64,000 nt of DNA from a virus. Position 1 is the first letter of the stretch. Each line of letters opens with the position of its first letter. Positions 33,943 to 43,438 of this stretch are shown one piece after another. Under the pieces are notes generated by a model. It had not been told where the DNA came from, ran no database searches, and worked only from the letters and a program-made list of their open reading frames with translations. Made by a program: the position numbers and the translations under genes. The stretch lies in IMG/VR virus record IMGVR_UViG_3300031419_000012; one strand, given 5' to 3'.

Positions 33943-36152
33943 GCTGCTACCCCTTTACGCTGCACGGCCACCAGCAGATCGCTCAGGTGCTGCACCGCGC
34001 CGTTCACCAGCGCTTCGTTTTCATCAAACACGCCTGCAGCCGTCAGCGCGGCAATCGCCTCGCGCACCTGATTGCGGCCGGCGCGGATCACGTCCATGTC
34101 GTCGGTATCAAGTGAGGTCAGCCCCTGCAGGTAGTCGATCGCCTTCTGCGCTTCAGAGTCTGCTTCCGGCACGGGCTCCGGTTCCGGCTGTGGTGCTGGC
34201 TCAGGCTCTGGCTGTGGTTCTGGTGCCGGTTCCGGGGTGTTCAGTTCCTCCACCAGCGGAATACGCTTGCCGGTGATCATCGCGGTTTGTGCTGCCTTCA
34301 GATATTCAGGACTCTGATTAGCTTCCACGTAGTCCGCCGCCTGCTTCAGCTGCTCACTGCCATAGCCCAGCGTCTCAGCCCAGGCGTTTACCAGGTCAGA
34401 TGCCCAGCCCACCAGGTCGCCTAGGCGTTTAGCAGCAATCCAGAACGGGTCTGTAGTTTCACGATCGTCAGTCACGTCGGTCTCTTCTTCTTCACCTGCT
34501 GCCAGCTGCTGCAGCATGGTTTTGATAGCGCCCGTGAAATAGGCCTCATCTTCACCTTCCGGATATGCCACGCCGGTCAGCTGCTTACGGGCCACCATGC
34601 GCACCTGTTTGGCGTAGGTGTCCGGATCTTCTTCTGACATTTCCAGATACTGCGCGGCGTAATCGCTCATTTTCTCCGCCACGATTGCGGCCAGCGCATC
34701 GAGATCCGCATGCGTCGGGATCAGCTTCAGCTCAAAGTCAGCAATCTCTTTGTCAGTCAGCGGACGGTCATAGGAAATGATGCCGTTACGGGCAACGCCG
34801 CTGTACGGCTCGCCTGCTGCTGGCTGATCCGCCACGGCGGCAAAGTTCGGCGGTACCGCCCCGATACCTGCAGGACGGTTAACCAGCGCATAGCGCCAGA
34901 CGGTTGCCGGCGTAACGGGTTCCGGCTGTGGCTCAGGGGCTGGTGCTGGCTCAGGTTCCGGCTGTGGCTCTGGTACTGTCTCTGGTTCCGGCTGTGGCGC
35001 GGGTTCCGGCGCCGGGGCTGGCTCAGCAGCAACGCGGTACTTTTCCGCCGCGCCGGTGCGGTAGGCTTTCAGCATCTTTGTTGCCGTTTTACCCATCCCC
35101 GCACCCTGGCTGGATTTAGAGGGCATTTCATACGTGGTGCCGTCGGCTTCGGTGATGATCACTTTGCCTTCCAGTTCGCCGTTCTGGTCATCGACGTGAT
35201 AACGAACCGTCGCGCCGTTGCTCAGCGTGGCCTGCCCGTCCATGTGCAGGCGCGCTTTAACCTGAATAGTGCGATCGCTGAAGGTGTCCGTGTTTTCCGG
35301 CTCGCTGGCTTTTGCCTGCTGCAGCGCGGCCAGCTGGCCGGTAAGGTCGGCATTCAGCTGTTTCTGGCTGGCGAGTTTGCAGCGCAGCGTCTGCTCATTG
35401 CCCTGCATCTGCTGCGCGCGTGCGGTCTGTGTGTCCACCTGCTCCAGCAGCGCTGACTGCTGCTCCGCCAGCTGATCGGTCTCAGCCTGCGTGGTTTCCA
35501 CTTCCGCGCGCAGCTTCGCCTGTGCGTCCTTCTGCTTCGTGAATTTGCCGCTGTTCTTCTCGATCAGGTTGGAAAGCGCCTGCGTCACCTGCTGCAGCGA
35601 TACGTCACGCCCGCCAATCGGCGCAACGATGTGCGTCACGTCGCGCTTGTTGATCAGGAACTGGAAGGCTACCAGCGTGTCCTGGTTACGGATCTTGCCG
35701 TTGTCAGCGGTCGGTGAGTGGAACACCAGCGACACGGTTTGCCCGTCGGATAACGGGATAAGCGCGCTCAGAACCGGAATGCTGGCCACGCGGCGCACTT
35801 TGCCGATCACCGCGCCGCCCACGGTTTTTTGCCCGGTCGTGTCTGCGCCGGCATCGTCGGTCCCGGCAGTAATGTCGGTGCCGTTCAGGCCACGGTTCAG
35901 CGCCTTCACAAATGCGCGCATGGTCTGCGCCAGGCGCATACGCTCCGTGCTGATCGCCTCAAACATCGCGCCCGGTAACACGCTTTCTTCACCCAGGTAG
36001 GCGTGATCGATATCGTCGATAGTGGCGCTTTCCAGCATCATATCCGCGCTGCTGCCGGTCATCAGGCCGTCGTACACCGCCTGCGCCAGCTCTGCGCCCT
36101 GCGTGCGGCGCTGGAAGTCCAGCACCATACGATTTTTAAGGATCTCACTCAT
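33939..36152 (-). CDS. darA: DarA antirestriction/head protein
   Basis: PLSDGQTVSLVFHSPTA...VAFQFLINKRDVTHIVAP matches recalled P1 DarA; coiled coil and PEP repeats. Confidence 0.9.
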   Translation of the reverse strand: MSEILKNRMVLDFQRRTQGAELAQAVYDGLMTGSSADMMLESATIDDIDHAYLGEESVLPGAMFEAISTERMRLAQTMRAFVKALNRGLNGTDITAGTDDAGADTTGQKTVGGAVIGKVRRVASIPVLSALIPLSDGQTVSLVFHSPTADNGKIRNQDTLVAFQFLINKRDVTHIVAPIGGRDVSLQQVTQALSNLIEKNSGKFTKQKDAQAKLRAEVETTQAETDQLAEQQSALLEQVDTQTARAQQMQGNEQTLRCKLASQKQLNADLTGQLAALQQAKASEPENTDTFSDRTIQVKARLHMDGQATLSNGATVRYHVDDQNGELEGKVIITEADGTTYEMPSKSSQGAGMGKTATKMLKAYRTGAAEKYRVAAEPAPAPEPAPQPEPETVPEPQPEPEPAPAPEPQPEPVTPATVWRYALVNRPAGIGAVPPNFAAVADQPAAGEPYSGVARNGIISYDRPLTDKEIADFELKLIPTHADLDALAAIVAEKMSDYAAQYLEMSEEDPDTYAKQVRMVARKQLTGVAYPEGEDEAYFTGAIKTMLQQLAAGEEEETDVTDDRETTDPFWIAAKRLGDLVGWASDLVNAWAETLGYGSEQLKQAADYVEANQSPEYLKAAQTAMITGKRIPLVEELNTPEPAPEPQPEPEPAPQPEPEPVPEADSEAQKAIDYLQGLTSLDTDDMDVIRAGRNQVREAIAALTAAGVFDENEALVNGAVQHLSDLLVAVQRKGVAA

Positions 36153-36769
36153 TACGCTGCCTCCTCCAGTTGGGCGATCTGCTCTTTAAGCTGGCGCGTC
36201 AGTGCCTGCTCCTGATTAAGCTCCGTCTGCAGGCTGTCCGCACTTTTCTGCGCGTCGTCCGCGCTGCGCGTCAGCTGCTCCACCTTCGCTTTGGTTTCCG
36301 CGATGCCTGACTTATAGGCGTCACGCTGCTGGCGCACTTCGGCCAGCAGCTGCACTGAGGATTTCACGCCGCGCTTAGGCTGCGCAGTGTCATCGCTGGT
36401 GGCAGCAGCGCGCGCCATCTTGCGCGCCAGGGCTTTCTGAAAAGCCGTTGAGCCTTTGCTGAATAGCGTGGCCAGCTGGCGCCCGAGCTCAGGGATCGTG
36501 GTGACGTGGGTAAACGGCACGTTTTTCCCGTTCAGCTTCAGGCCGGAAATGTCGCCGCTGTCGTTGACCTGCACGGTCATAACCTGCTCGTCCATGCCAG
36601 TGAGGCTGAAAGTTTTGGTAGGTACGCCGTCTTTCCTGCGCGCGGTGCCGGCGGCGGTGACTTTGGCAATCTCATAGCCGCCGGTGCCGATCGCCTTCTT
36701 CAGCTTCGCCAGGCCCTTATCGTTCAGTTCGTCAAAATTCAGCAGCACGTAGCCTTTAGGATTCGACAC
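36152..36769 (-). CDS. hdf: Hdf (DarA N-terminal homologue)
   Basis: NFDELNDKGL...QVNDSGDISGLKLNGK matches recalled P1 Hdf. Confidence 0.85.
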   Translation of the reverse strand: MSNPKGYVLLNFDELNDKGLAKLKKAIGTGGYEIAKVTAAGTARRKDGVPTKTFSLTGMDEQVMTVQVNDSGDISGLKLNGKNVPFTHVTTIPELGRQLATLFSKGSTAFQKALARKMARAAATSDDTAQPKRGVKSSVQLLAEVRQQRDAYKSGIAETKAKVEQLTRSADDAQKSADSLQTELNQEQALTRQLKEQIAQLEEAA

Positions 36770-37211
36770 TGAATACCCCCTGCTCTGACTTGCTCAGCTG
36801 GTACTTCCTGGAAATGGTGTCCTGCAGCGGGAAGATCCGGTAAAGCGGGTTCAGGCGGCTGTTTCCGTGCGTCACGCGCACGGTAAGCAGCCATTCACCC
36901 GGCTCAAGATAACGCGTGTCAATCAGCAGAAATTCCTCGCTCACGCCTTTTGGCGAGAGGTCGAGCGTGCGCTGCTTGCCGGAAATAACCACCGTCGGAT
37001 CATTGCTGTCGCGCAGCCAGTACTCAATTTTTGCGCCCGCCAGCTTGCCGGCGCAGGCGATGTTAAGCCGGGCCGGGAACGCCAGCGCGTTATCGCGCAC
37101 CACGGCGGTACCGCACCCCAGCAATTCCACCTTTTTACGGGCAAATACGCAGCGATCCGCCACCATTGCTGCAGCCATCGCCGTAATAAACAGGTTCTGA
37201 TAATCAATCAT
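36756..37211 (-). CDS. lydB: Antiholin
   Basis: VTHGNSRLNPLYRIFP matches recalled P1 LydB; follows lydA. Confidence 0.8.
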   Translation of the reverse strand: MIDYQNLFITAMAAAMVADRCVFARKKVELLGCGTAVVRDNALAFPARLNIACAGKLAGAKIEYWLRDSNDPTVVISGKQRTLDLSPKGVSEEFLLIDTRYLEPGEWLLTVRVTHGNSRLNPLYRIFPLQDTISRKYQLSKSEQGVFSVES

Positions 37212-37525
37212 TGGCCGGAGCCTCCTTTTGACCCAAGCACGCCGTTTATTGCCGCAATGAGTCGTTCTTTGAATACAGTTGAAAGTTCACGCCAGTTGTT
37301 GCTCGCCACCAGCACGGCGAGGTAAATCACGATTTCGTCCAGTCCCTGCTGCCGCGCAAAAAAGTAGGCCGTGAGGCCGGTAATCAGCGCCAGCACCAGC
37401 TCAGTGACAAAGTTGAATACGTTCGGTTTGATCCGGTATTCGCGCACTCCCAGCAGGAAAACGCCTGTGCCACTCAGCAGGGAAAGAAGAAGCGAAACCG
37501 CGAGCATTTTTTCTACATCGGTCAC
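37208..37525 (-). CDS. lydA: Holin
   Basis: 105 aa with hydrophobic helices, LLLSLLSGTGVFL...ASNN similar to recalled P1 LydA. Confidence 0.85.
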   Translation of the reverse strand: MTDVEKMLAVSLLLSLLSGTGVFLLGVREYRIKPNVFNFVTELVLALITGLTAYFFARQQGLDEIVIYLAVLVASNNWRELSTVFKERLIAAINGVLGSKGGSGQ

Positions 37526-37561
37526 ATACCCCCCTTTGATACCTGGTTATCAGGTGGCGAG

Positions 37562-37582
37562 AGGGTAAGCAGTCTGTAATTT
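37562..37582 (-). promoter_or_regulatory. Late promoter of the lydA-dar operon
   Basis: AAATTACAGAC-tgct-TACCCT. Confidence 0.7.
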
Positions 37583-37594
37583 AGAGGGGTAAAG

Positions 37595-37622
37595 AAAAAC
37601 AGCGCCCGGTGGCGCTGTTTTT
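37595..37622. terminator. Terminator after the tail fibre operon
   Basis: AAAAACAGCGCC-cggt-GGCGCTGTTTTT. Confidence 0.75.
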
Positions 37623-37631
37623 TTGAGGAGG

Positions 37632-38246
37632 TTAGCTGGTGGGCGGCACTTCCGGCCAGGCGGCACTGTCAACCGGTCCCGGCTCTATGCCTTTAAGCTC
37701 ACGGATATAACTCAGCCAGCGAACAAGCAGCGCCTTTTCATCGTCGGGCAGAATGCCCAGCGACAGCTCTGCCTGCCATTCGGTAATGACCGCACGAGCC
37801 TCTTTTATCAGGCGATCACGCTGCTTATTAAAACGCTCAATAGCTTCATCCTGAAGCAGCGTGCGCAGGGATATCGCGCCTTCTTTATAAGCCCACTCTC
37901 CGTTAGGCTGAATATCATCAGGAACCAGGCTTTCATCAACTTCTACGACGGAATATCCTTCTGGCCACATTCTGGAAGCATCTTTATCCAACGCCCAAAT
38001 GCGGCCATCGGCACACAACATAAGCTTAACGGTATGCTCAGAAAAATGCTTTTGAGCTTCATACCAGCAAACGTTATTTGCATCTCGGGCAAAGACAACG
38101 TTATGAGAAAGCAGCACACTCATATGCTCAAAGTGAGCCTTTTCTTGATCAGTTGCGTCTTCACCAACAGCAGGGATATCGGGTGTATAACTGGTAAAAT
38201 CAGAATAAATCATCTTATTTCTCATACTGAGGCCGCCGTATACCAA
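37632..38246 (-). CDS. Tail fibre assembly chaperone (Tfa/gpU-like)
   Basis: C-terminal WQAELSLGIL...WLSYIREL...WPEVP signature. Confidence 0.9.
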   Translation of the reverse strand: MVYGGLSMRNKMIYSDFTSYTPDIPAVGEDATDQEKAHFEHMSVLLSHNVVFARDANNVCWYEAQKHFSEHTVKLMLCADGRIWALDKDASRMWPEGYSVVEVDESLVPDDIQPNGEWAYKEGAISLRTLLQDEAIERFNKQRDRLIKEARAVITEWQAELSLGILPDDEKALLVRWLSYIRELKGIEPGPVDSAAWPEVPPTS

Positions 38247-41200
38247 CCACCTTTAATGCAATATTGAAGCGGGCGCGCATAAATGGAGTCGATATATTCA
38301 TCTTTATTCCCGTTTGTAGCGGCGGTTAATACATATCCACCAGTATCATTCCACGCCGGCCCTTTCCAGGCCGTCGAAGCACGCGCAGTTCCAAGCCGAA
38401 CAGAGGTAACCATGCGAGCCATAATCCAGTCATAAAGCCAGGTATTGCCCCATTTTGTGCCATACAGGTTTCCGTCAGGCGGGACGCGTGCAGCACCAAT
38501 ATATAATCCATTAGAGCCTCCTACAGTAACAGCACCATCATGTAGGGTTACCGAGCAGTTACCGATGTAATTAGTAAAGGCGACGTTATTGGAGTTAGCC
38601 GAACCCTGCCCCAAATACCAGTGATTTGTGCCGTCGTACTTCTCCCCCTTTATCCAGTAACCCTGATCAGCAGTCGCGGGCTTGAGCATTATGCTCTCGC
38701 CATTTCTCGTGTGAGTTGTATGGCCGGTAACAGTTAGTTCTTCACGCATAAGAACTCTGTGGCCAAATGTAGTTTCACCTGTAGCAATGTTAATAGCCAT
38801 CGGCCTTAATTGATTCCAGGTACCTTTCTGATCGCCTTGATCTGTGAATAAGAGATAAAAAGTTGTGCCATCGTTACGGAAAAAAGAACCATAGTTGCCG
38901 TAGACAATTCGGTAATTATTTGGGGTCGTACCAATAACCTCCAGACTCGTTTCAGCACGCGGCCCATCAGCATTGCTAAAGCTGAAGTACTTAGAATTGT
39001 TGAGATAGAGGTCGATGGTTCCATCACCAGAGCCAACAAATCCGCTGTCAGCATCACCAATATTTATCGACGATGCTGAATCAGCAAATACCCCCGTACC
39101 AGTCTTGCCAAGACTGATGCTGTTGCTTTTCAGATTGCCTCTGACTTCCATTGCTAACGAACTGTCAGGCAGGCTATAGCCGGTGCCACCAACGATTGTC
39201 TGTCCCATCAGGAGGTTTGGCGCAGTACCCTGCATGCAAAGGTTCCAGCGGGTTACGCCGTCGCGCGCATTCAGGCGTCCGTCAAAGGCGACAGCCGAAA
39301 GGATATTCGTGCTGGCTTTATCGTATGCACGAAACGACGAAAAATTGCTGATCTGTGTAGTGCTGTTGACGGTACCGGAGTTCGCCCAGAACTCTACCGC
39401 ATCACTCATCGTTTGCGCCGTTACCCCGTCGCCAAACGTTACTTCAGCGCCAAAGCCTATGGCGCGTGTCGTTGCGTCTGAGCCGATATTGGCATAAGCC
39501 ATCGCCACCAGCTGCGTGGTACCCGTCAGATTGCCGTTGCCGGCGGCACCGCTACCCAGCGTCAGCAAACGTGCAGCGGACGCGCCAGCCCCCAGGCCAA
39601 TTGACAGTTGGCCTTTAGAGCCAAAGGCTGCGCAATACTTGTTCCAGGTCTTACCGTTATCCCGGTTATCCGCCTCCAGCAGCAGATTAGTGCTGTAGGT
39701 TCTCCAGCGGTATGACGGATTGTTTGCAGTACGATCGACGAGCGCCAGCGCCGGCGAAAAGCTGTTAACGGTAATGCCCTGACTGCCGTCGCTGTTGCTG
39801 CCGTTCACCACCAGCGCCGCATTAGTAAGATCGCCAATGGCAGTTGAGCCTTTCGCCAGCACGGTCACGGGTCCGGTAAAGTCAGCGCCGGCCGCAACAG
39901 TCAGGCTACCGGCGACTGAAGCCCCGCCGCGAAACTTCATTGTCGAGACGTTGGTATCGCCCGTGCCGTCGGCTGAGAGGCTGATCCATGTATTCGGGAT
40001 CGAATTTCCCCAGGTTACGGTATCGGTGCTATCAACTGACTGGCCAAGATACCAGTGCAGCGTATTATCCTGCTTACGCCCGCGCAGGTAATATGCCTTG
40101 TCTTTGGTTGCAGGCTTCAGCTGCAGCGCGATTTCATTAGCCGTAAACAGGCCTGCGCCATCTGACCGGAGACCACCGCCGCCGAGCACTGAAAGCCCGC
40201 CGGACCCCTGCAGCGTGGCGGTACCGTCGCCGCTGTTGAGAGCAAAGCGCGCTGTGGTCGCGCCGGAACGCGCGCGCGCATCGAGCGCAAGCTGTCCGCC
40301 ACCGTGCGTCATGTTCGTGATAGTGATACTGCCGAGCACCCTGCCGCCCCAGGTATCGGTCGTCGTGGACGCCAGACGCCCGAAGATGTTCATCACGTCG
40401 GTATCATACGCCGTCGGCGTATCTTCAGGCTGATCGGTGCGCACAAACGTCATGACAGGTGTTGACGGCTCAGAGCGGATCACACCGATACGGAATCCGG
40501 CCTGAATCTGTGAATTAACCTCCAGATTCTTCGCCAGCCTCACCTTTGCCGTATTGATATCGGTCAGGCTGTTCAGGCTGGTAATGTCGTTGTTCCAGCC
40601 CGCCCTTGCGGCGCCCAGGTTCAGCAGATCGGTCAGCGTCATGCTGGCCGAGTCCATCTGTTTACGCCAGCCGTTTGCATCAGCGCCGCTTGTCAGGCCA
40701 TGCCACGCCCAGGAGCCGTTACCGCCGCCTGCGGTGCGGATATACACCGTGCCGTTTTGCGCGGCCAGCAGCTGCACCAGCGACGCGCCGGTATCATACT
40801 GTCGGCGGACGTTGATAAGCTGCCCGCTCAGCGCCAGTGGCGCTTTACCAAGTTCAGCCGGACCGTCCGTAAAGCTGCCGCTCAGCGTCCAGAAGGCATT
40901 CTTTCCGGTTACCATCACGTCAGCCAGCGACGTGATTTTGCTGTCCAGCACGGCAGACGTTCCGCCCAGGCCAAACGCCCCTACCGCCATCAGCGCGCCG
41001 GCCGTCATATCGATCGGGGATTTCTGGACGTTCGCCAGCGCAGCGTCTCCAAGCCCAAGATGTTTGCGGGCTTCCGGTACGTCCTGAAGATCTCCCAGGT
41101 TCTCAGCGGCTTTCAGCTGCTTGTCATTGGTTACCTGGTCGAGCTCAATGTTCTGACGAAAAAGCGCTTTATCCTCAATATCCGACCCGTTGTTAGCGCT

Positions 41201-41827
41201 GACCATGTTCTTATCGATCATGCCCTTCAGGATTTTCAGCCCCTTCAGGTTAGCTGCGATCAGCTCGTCATCGCTGGTGAGTATGGAATCCAGCGTGATA
41301 CCTACCTGCCGGTTGATGCGGTAGTTTGTAACGATCATCGCCTGCGTCACCTGCGTGGTGCCGGTTGGCACGAGAACGCGGCAAAGCTCCAGCTGGTTTG
41401 GTGCCAGTGCAACCGACAGATCCTGCGCAAAGACGCGCGCGGCCTTAACGGCGGACTCGCGCTTAACCTGCTCTGTCACCACGCCGACTTTGTAGTTCGC
41501 CTCCAGCACGATGCGCGTGGTCTTGCCCGCCACCACTGGCAGCGTCAGATCGGCCAGGTGCTGCACCGTTATCTGGTGCGCGTTAACGTCGATGGAAGCC
41601 GAGCCCTGCCCGCTGTCAGCGCCTTTTGAGGTGACGACGACGCTCAGCCCGGTACCGGCCACCGGAGAAAAGCCCAGGTAGAAGCCGGGACGCACGATCC
41701 CTTTTAATTTCCGGTTAAGCGCGGAACTGGTGTAAGTCTCCAGGTACTGCATATCCGCCGACAGCGGCGCGGTACCGTATGGAATGCCCGACATAACGCC
41801 TACGTCAGTGATTTCGTTATCAGTCAT
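38222..41827 (-). CDS. Tail fibre protein (P1 gpS-like N-terminus)
   Basis: 1201 aa; N-terminus PLSADMQYLETYTSSALNRK typical of P1 S; fibre repeats (HWYLGQ twice, SINIGDADSG) and P2-H/Mu-S-like C-terminus. Confidence 0.9.
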   Translation of the reverse strand: MTDNEITDVGVMSGIPYGTAPLSADMQYLETYTSSALNRKLKGIVRPGFYLGFSPVAGTGLSVVVTSKGADSGQGSASIDVNAHQITVQHLADLTLPVVAGKTTRIVLEANYKVGVVTEQVKRESAVKAARVFAQDLSVALAPNQLELCRVLVPTGTTQVTQAMIVTNYRINRQVGITLDSILTSDDELIAANLKGLKILKGMIDKNMVSANNGSDIEDKALFRQNIELDQVTNDKQLKAAENLGDLQDVPEARKHLGLGDAALANVQKSPIDMTAGALMAVGAFGLGGTSAVLDSKITSLADVMVTGKNAFWTLSGSFTDGPAELGKAPLALSGQLINVRRQYDTGASLVQLLAAQNGTVYIRTAGGGNGSWAWHGLTSGADANGWRKQMDSASMTLTDLLNLGAARAGWNNDITSLNSLTDINTAKVRLAKNLEVNSQIQAGFRIGVIRSEPSTPVMTFVRTDQPEDTPTAYDTDVMNIFGRLASTTTDTWGGRVLGSITITNMTHGGGQLALDARARSGATTARFALNSGDGTATLQGSGGLSVLGGGGLRSDGAGLFTANEIALQLKPATKDKAYYLRGRKQDNTLHWYLGQSVDSTDTVTWGNSIPNTWISLSADGTGDTNVSTMKFRGGASVAGSLTVAAGADFTGPVTVLAKGSTAIGDLTNAALVVNGSNSDGSQGITVNSFSPALALVDRTANNPSYRWRTYSTNLLLEADNRDNGKTWNKYCAAFGSKGQLSIGLGAGASAARLLTLGSGAAGNGNLTGTTQLVAMAYANIGSDATTRAIGFGAEVTFGDGVTAQTMSDAVEFWANSGTVNSTTQISNFSSFRAYDKASTNILSAVAFDGRLNARDGVTRWNLCMQGTAPNLLMGQTIVGGTGYSLPDSSLAMEVRGNLKSNSISLGKTGTGVFADSASSINIGDADSGFVGSGDGTIDLYLNNSKYFSFSNADGPRAETSLEVIGTTPNNYRIVYGNYGSFFRNDGTTFYLLFTDQGDQKGTWNQLRPMAINIATGETTFGHRVLMREELTVTGHTTHTRNGESIMLKPATADQGYWIKGEKYDGTNHWYLGQGSANSNNVAFTNYIGNCSVTLHDGAVTVGGSNGLYIGAARVPPDGNLYGTKWGNTWLYDWIMARMVTSVRLGTARASTAWKGPAWNDTGGYVLTAATNGNKDEYIDSIYARPLQYCIKGGWYTAASV

Positions 41828-41832
41828 GTGCG

Positions 41833-42276
41833 TTACGCCGTTTTCTGTTCAATGGTAACCAGCAGGTTGTAGGCCTTGCCGCGGAATACACTGTCCTGCT
41901 GCAGACAGAGCACGGCAAATGCGTTGCCGTCACCGTCCACCAGCGTGAGGGTATTCAGGTCATAGGACTTATCAGCGGCCAGCGCAGAGTCATTCAGCTG
42001 GATAGAGATAGAGATATCCGCGCCCGTGCTTGTCAGGATCAGCGGGGTTTCCGTGAATTTGCCCGTCAGGTTGGCGTTGCTGAAGGTGGAAGGAATATCC
42101 GCAATGTTCCAGCCGCCGGCCGGGTTGCTGGTAACCAGTGCAGACTTGCCCCAGTAGGCTTTAACCATCAGGAAGCGGTTACCCGTTCCGATGGATGATT
42201 CAGCGCGACGGATGTAGTAGTAGTCCAGCAGCTTCGCCTTAAACAGCTTGCTGCTGACGGAGATTGTATCAGCCAT
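41833..42276 (-). CDS. R: gpR tail fibre/baseplate protein
   Basis: KLLDYYYIRRAESSI matches recalled P1 gpR. Confidence 0.85.
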   Translation of the reverse strand: MADTISVSSKLFKAKLLDYYYIRRAESSIGTGNRFLMVKAYWGKSALVTSNPAGGWNIADIPSTFSNANLTGKFTETPLILTSTGADISISIQLNDSALAADKSYDLNTLTLVDGDGNAFAVLCLQQDSVFRGKAYNLLVTIEQKTA

Positions 42277-42305
42277 AAAAAAGCCTCTCAGAGTTAAGAG
42301 GCCAG

Positions 42306-42326
42306 AGGGTAAGGAGTTTGTAAAAT
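42306..42326 (-). promoter_or_regulatory. Late promoter of the R-fibre operon
   Basis: ATTTTACAAAC-tcct-TACCCT. Confidence 0.6.
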
Positions 42327-42337
42327 CCGCAGGTCAA

Positions 42338-43429
42338 CTATGAGACAAATTGCTCATAAAAAAGGTTTGTGATCGCGCTTGTGCCGCTGTCGTCGGCAGG
42401 CAGCGCCAGAATAAACTCCGGCATGCCGTCGAAGGAAAACGCCACCGTTTCGCTGCTGCCATCGGCGCGGGAAACTGTGATGCCCTGGCTGTCGCCCTTC
42501 TGGACAGCGATGTACTGCACGTCGTCCTCCGTGAACAATCGCGCGCGACTGTCATCGGCGGCGCTGGCAATTACAACCGGCGCCGGAGCGGCGTCCGGCC
42601 TGCTCCGGTAGTCATTCCACCATGCGTCCGCCGCAAACATATCGTAACGCTCGCAACGTTTAACCTCCCGCACCGGCACGGCAGGAACAGCATACTGATG
42701 CTGTGTGGCCATGCGCAGGTTTTTAATCTCCGACTGAAGATCCGCGAAGGACATTTTGGCCTGGTAGTCGATGCCGGCGCTGATAAGCCGAATGCGATCC
42801 CGGTCCGCGGTCATTTCAAACGAGATAAAGAGCGCTACCCCGTCAAACACGATGTGCAGCGGCAGCAGCGGCTCGATAATCTGGTCAAACTGGCTCAGCA
42901 GCTTGTTGACCGCCTCTGTCTGCTCCTGATAGCCGTAACGCTCGTACAACTCGTTGAGCGCCACGGAGATTTGCGCGCGCGACGTCAGGAAAAACTCGCC
43001 GTAATGCTCCTGCGCGACGTCCACGCCCTCTTTTGTGGTAAAGAATGAGCCGTAAGGCGCTTTCTCCTGATCCACCGGCGCATAGAGCGGCTGCCAGGTC
43101 ACGGGCAGGTTATCGAACTCGCGCCAGAACGTTGACGTGATCGGCTTATCGGTCCCCTTAAAATGCACTTCGTCCAGGCGCTGCGCCAGCAGCACCGGCC
43201 TGCTGGTGTCCGTGGTTTCCGCCACGATGAAAAAGCGGCCATATTCGCTCATGCGCAGCGTCAGATCGTCTTTGTTCATCGTGAAATAGCTTTTGCGGTT
43301 GGTTATGCGCTCAAGCGTTGGCTCTACCACCTGCTCAAATACTGACTGCAGGATATTTGCAAAGCCCGACCACAGCTCTGACGTGCTTTTCTCTTTAGTG
43401 AGCCGGTCTTTTACCCAGTTTCTGATCAT
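42338..43429 (-). CDS. 16: Baseplate protein gp16-like
   Basis: LERITNRKS...QRLDEVHFKGT...PLLPLHIVFDG matches recalled P1 gp16. Confidence 0.85.
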   Translation of the reverse strand: MIRNWVKDRLTKEKSTSELWSGFANILQSVFEQVVEPTLERITNRKSYFTMNKDDLTLRMSEYGRFFIVAETTDTSRPVLLAQRLDEVHFKGTDKPITSTFWREFDNLPVTWQPLYAPVDQEKAPYGSFFTTKEGVDVAQEHYGEFFLTSRAQISVALNELYERYGYQEQTEAVNKLLSQFDQIIEPLLPLHIVFDGVALFISFEMTADRDRIRLISAGIDYQAKMSFADLQSEIKNLRMATQHQYAVPAVPVREVKRCERYDMFAADAWWNDYRSRPDAAPAPVVIASAADDSRARLFTEDDVQYIAVQKGDSQGITVSRADGSSETVAFSFDGMPEFILALPADDSGTSAITNLFYEQFVS

Positions 43430-43438
43430 GGCTCAGCC

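Noticed and set aside
33700-35030. Pro-Glu/Pro-Ala repeats in ddrA and darA
   Set aside because: Low-complexity flexible linkers common in these head proteins; no independent DNA-level structure seen.
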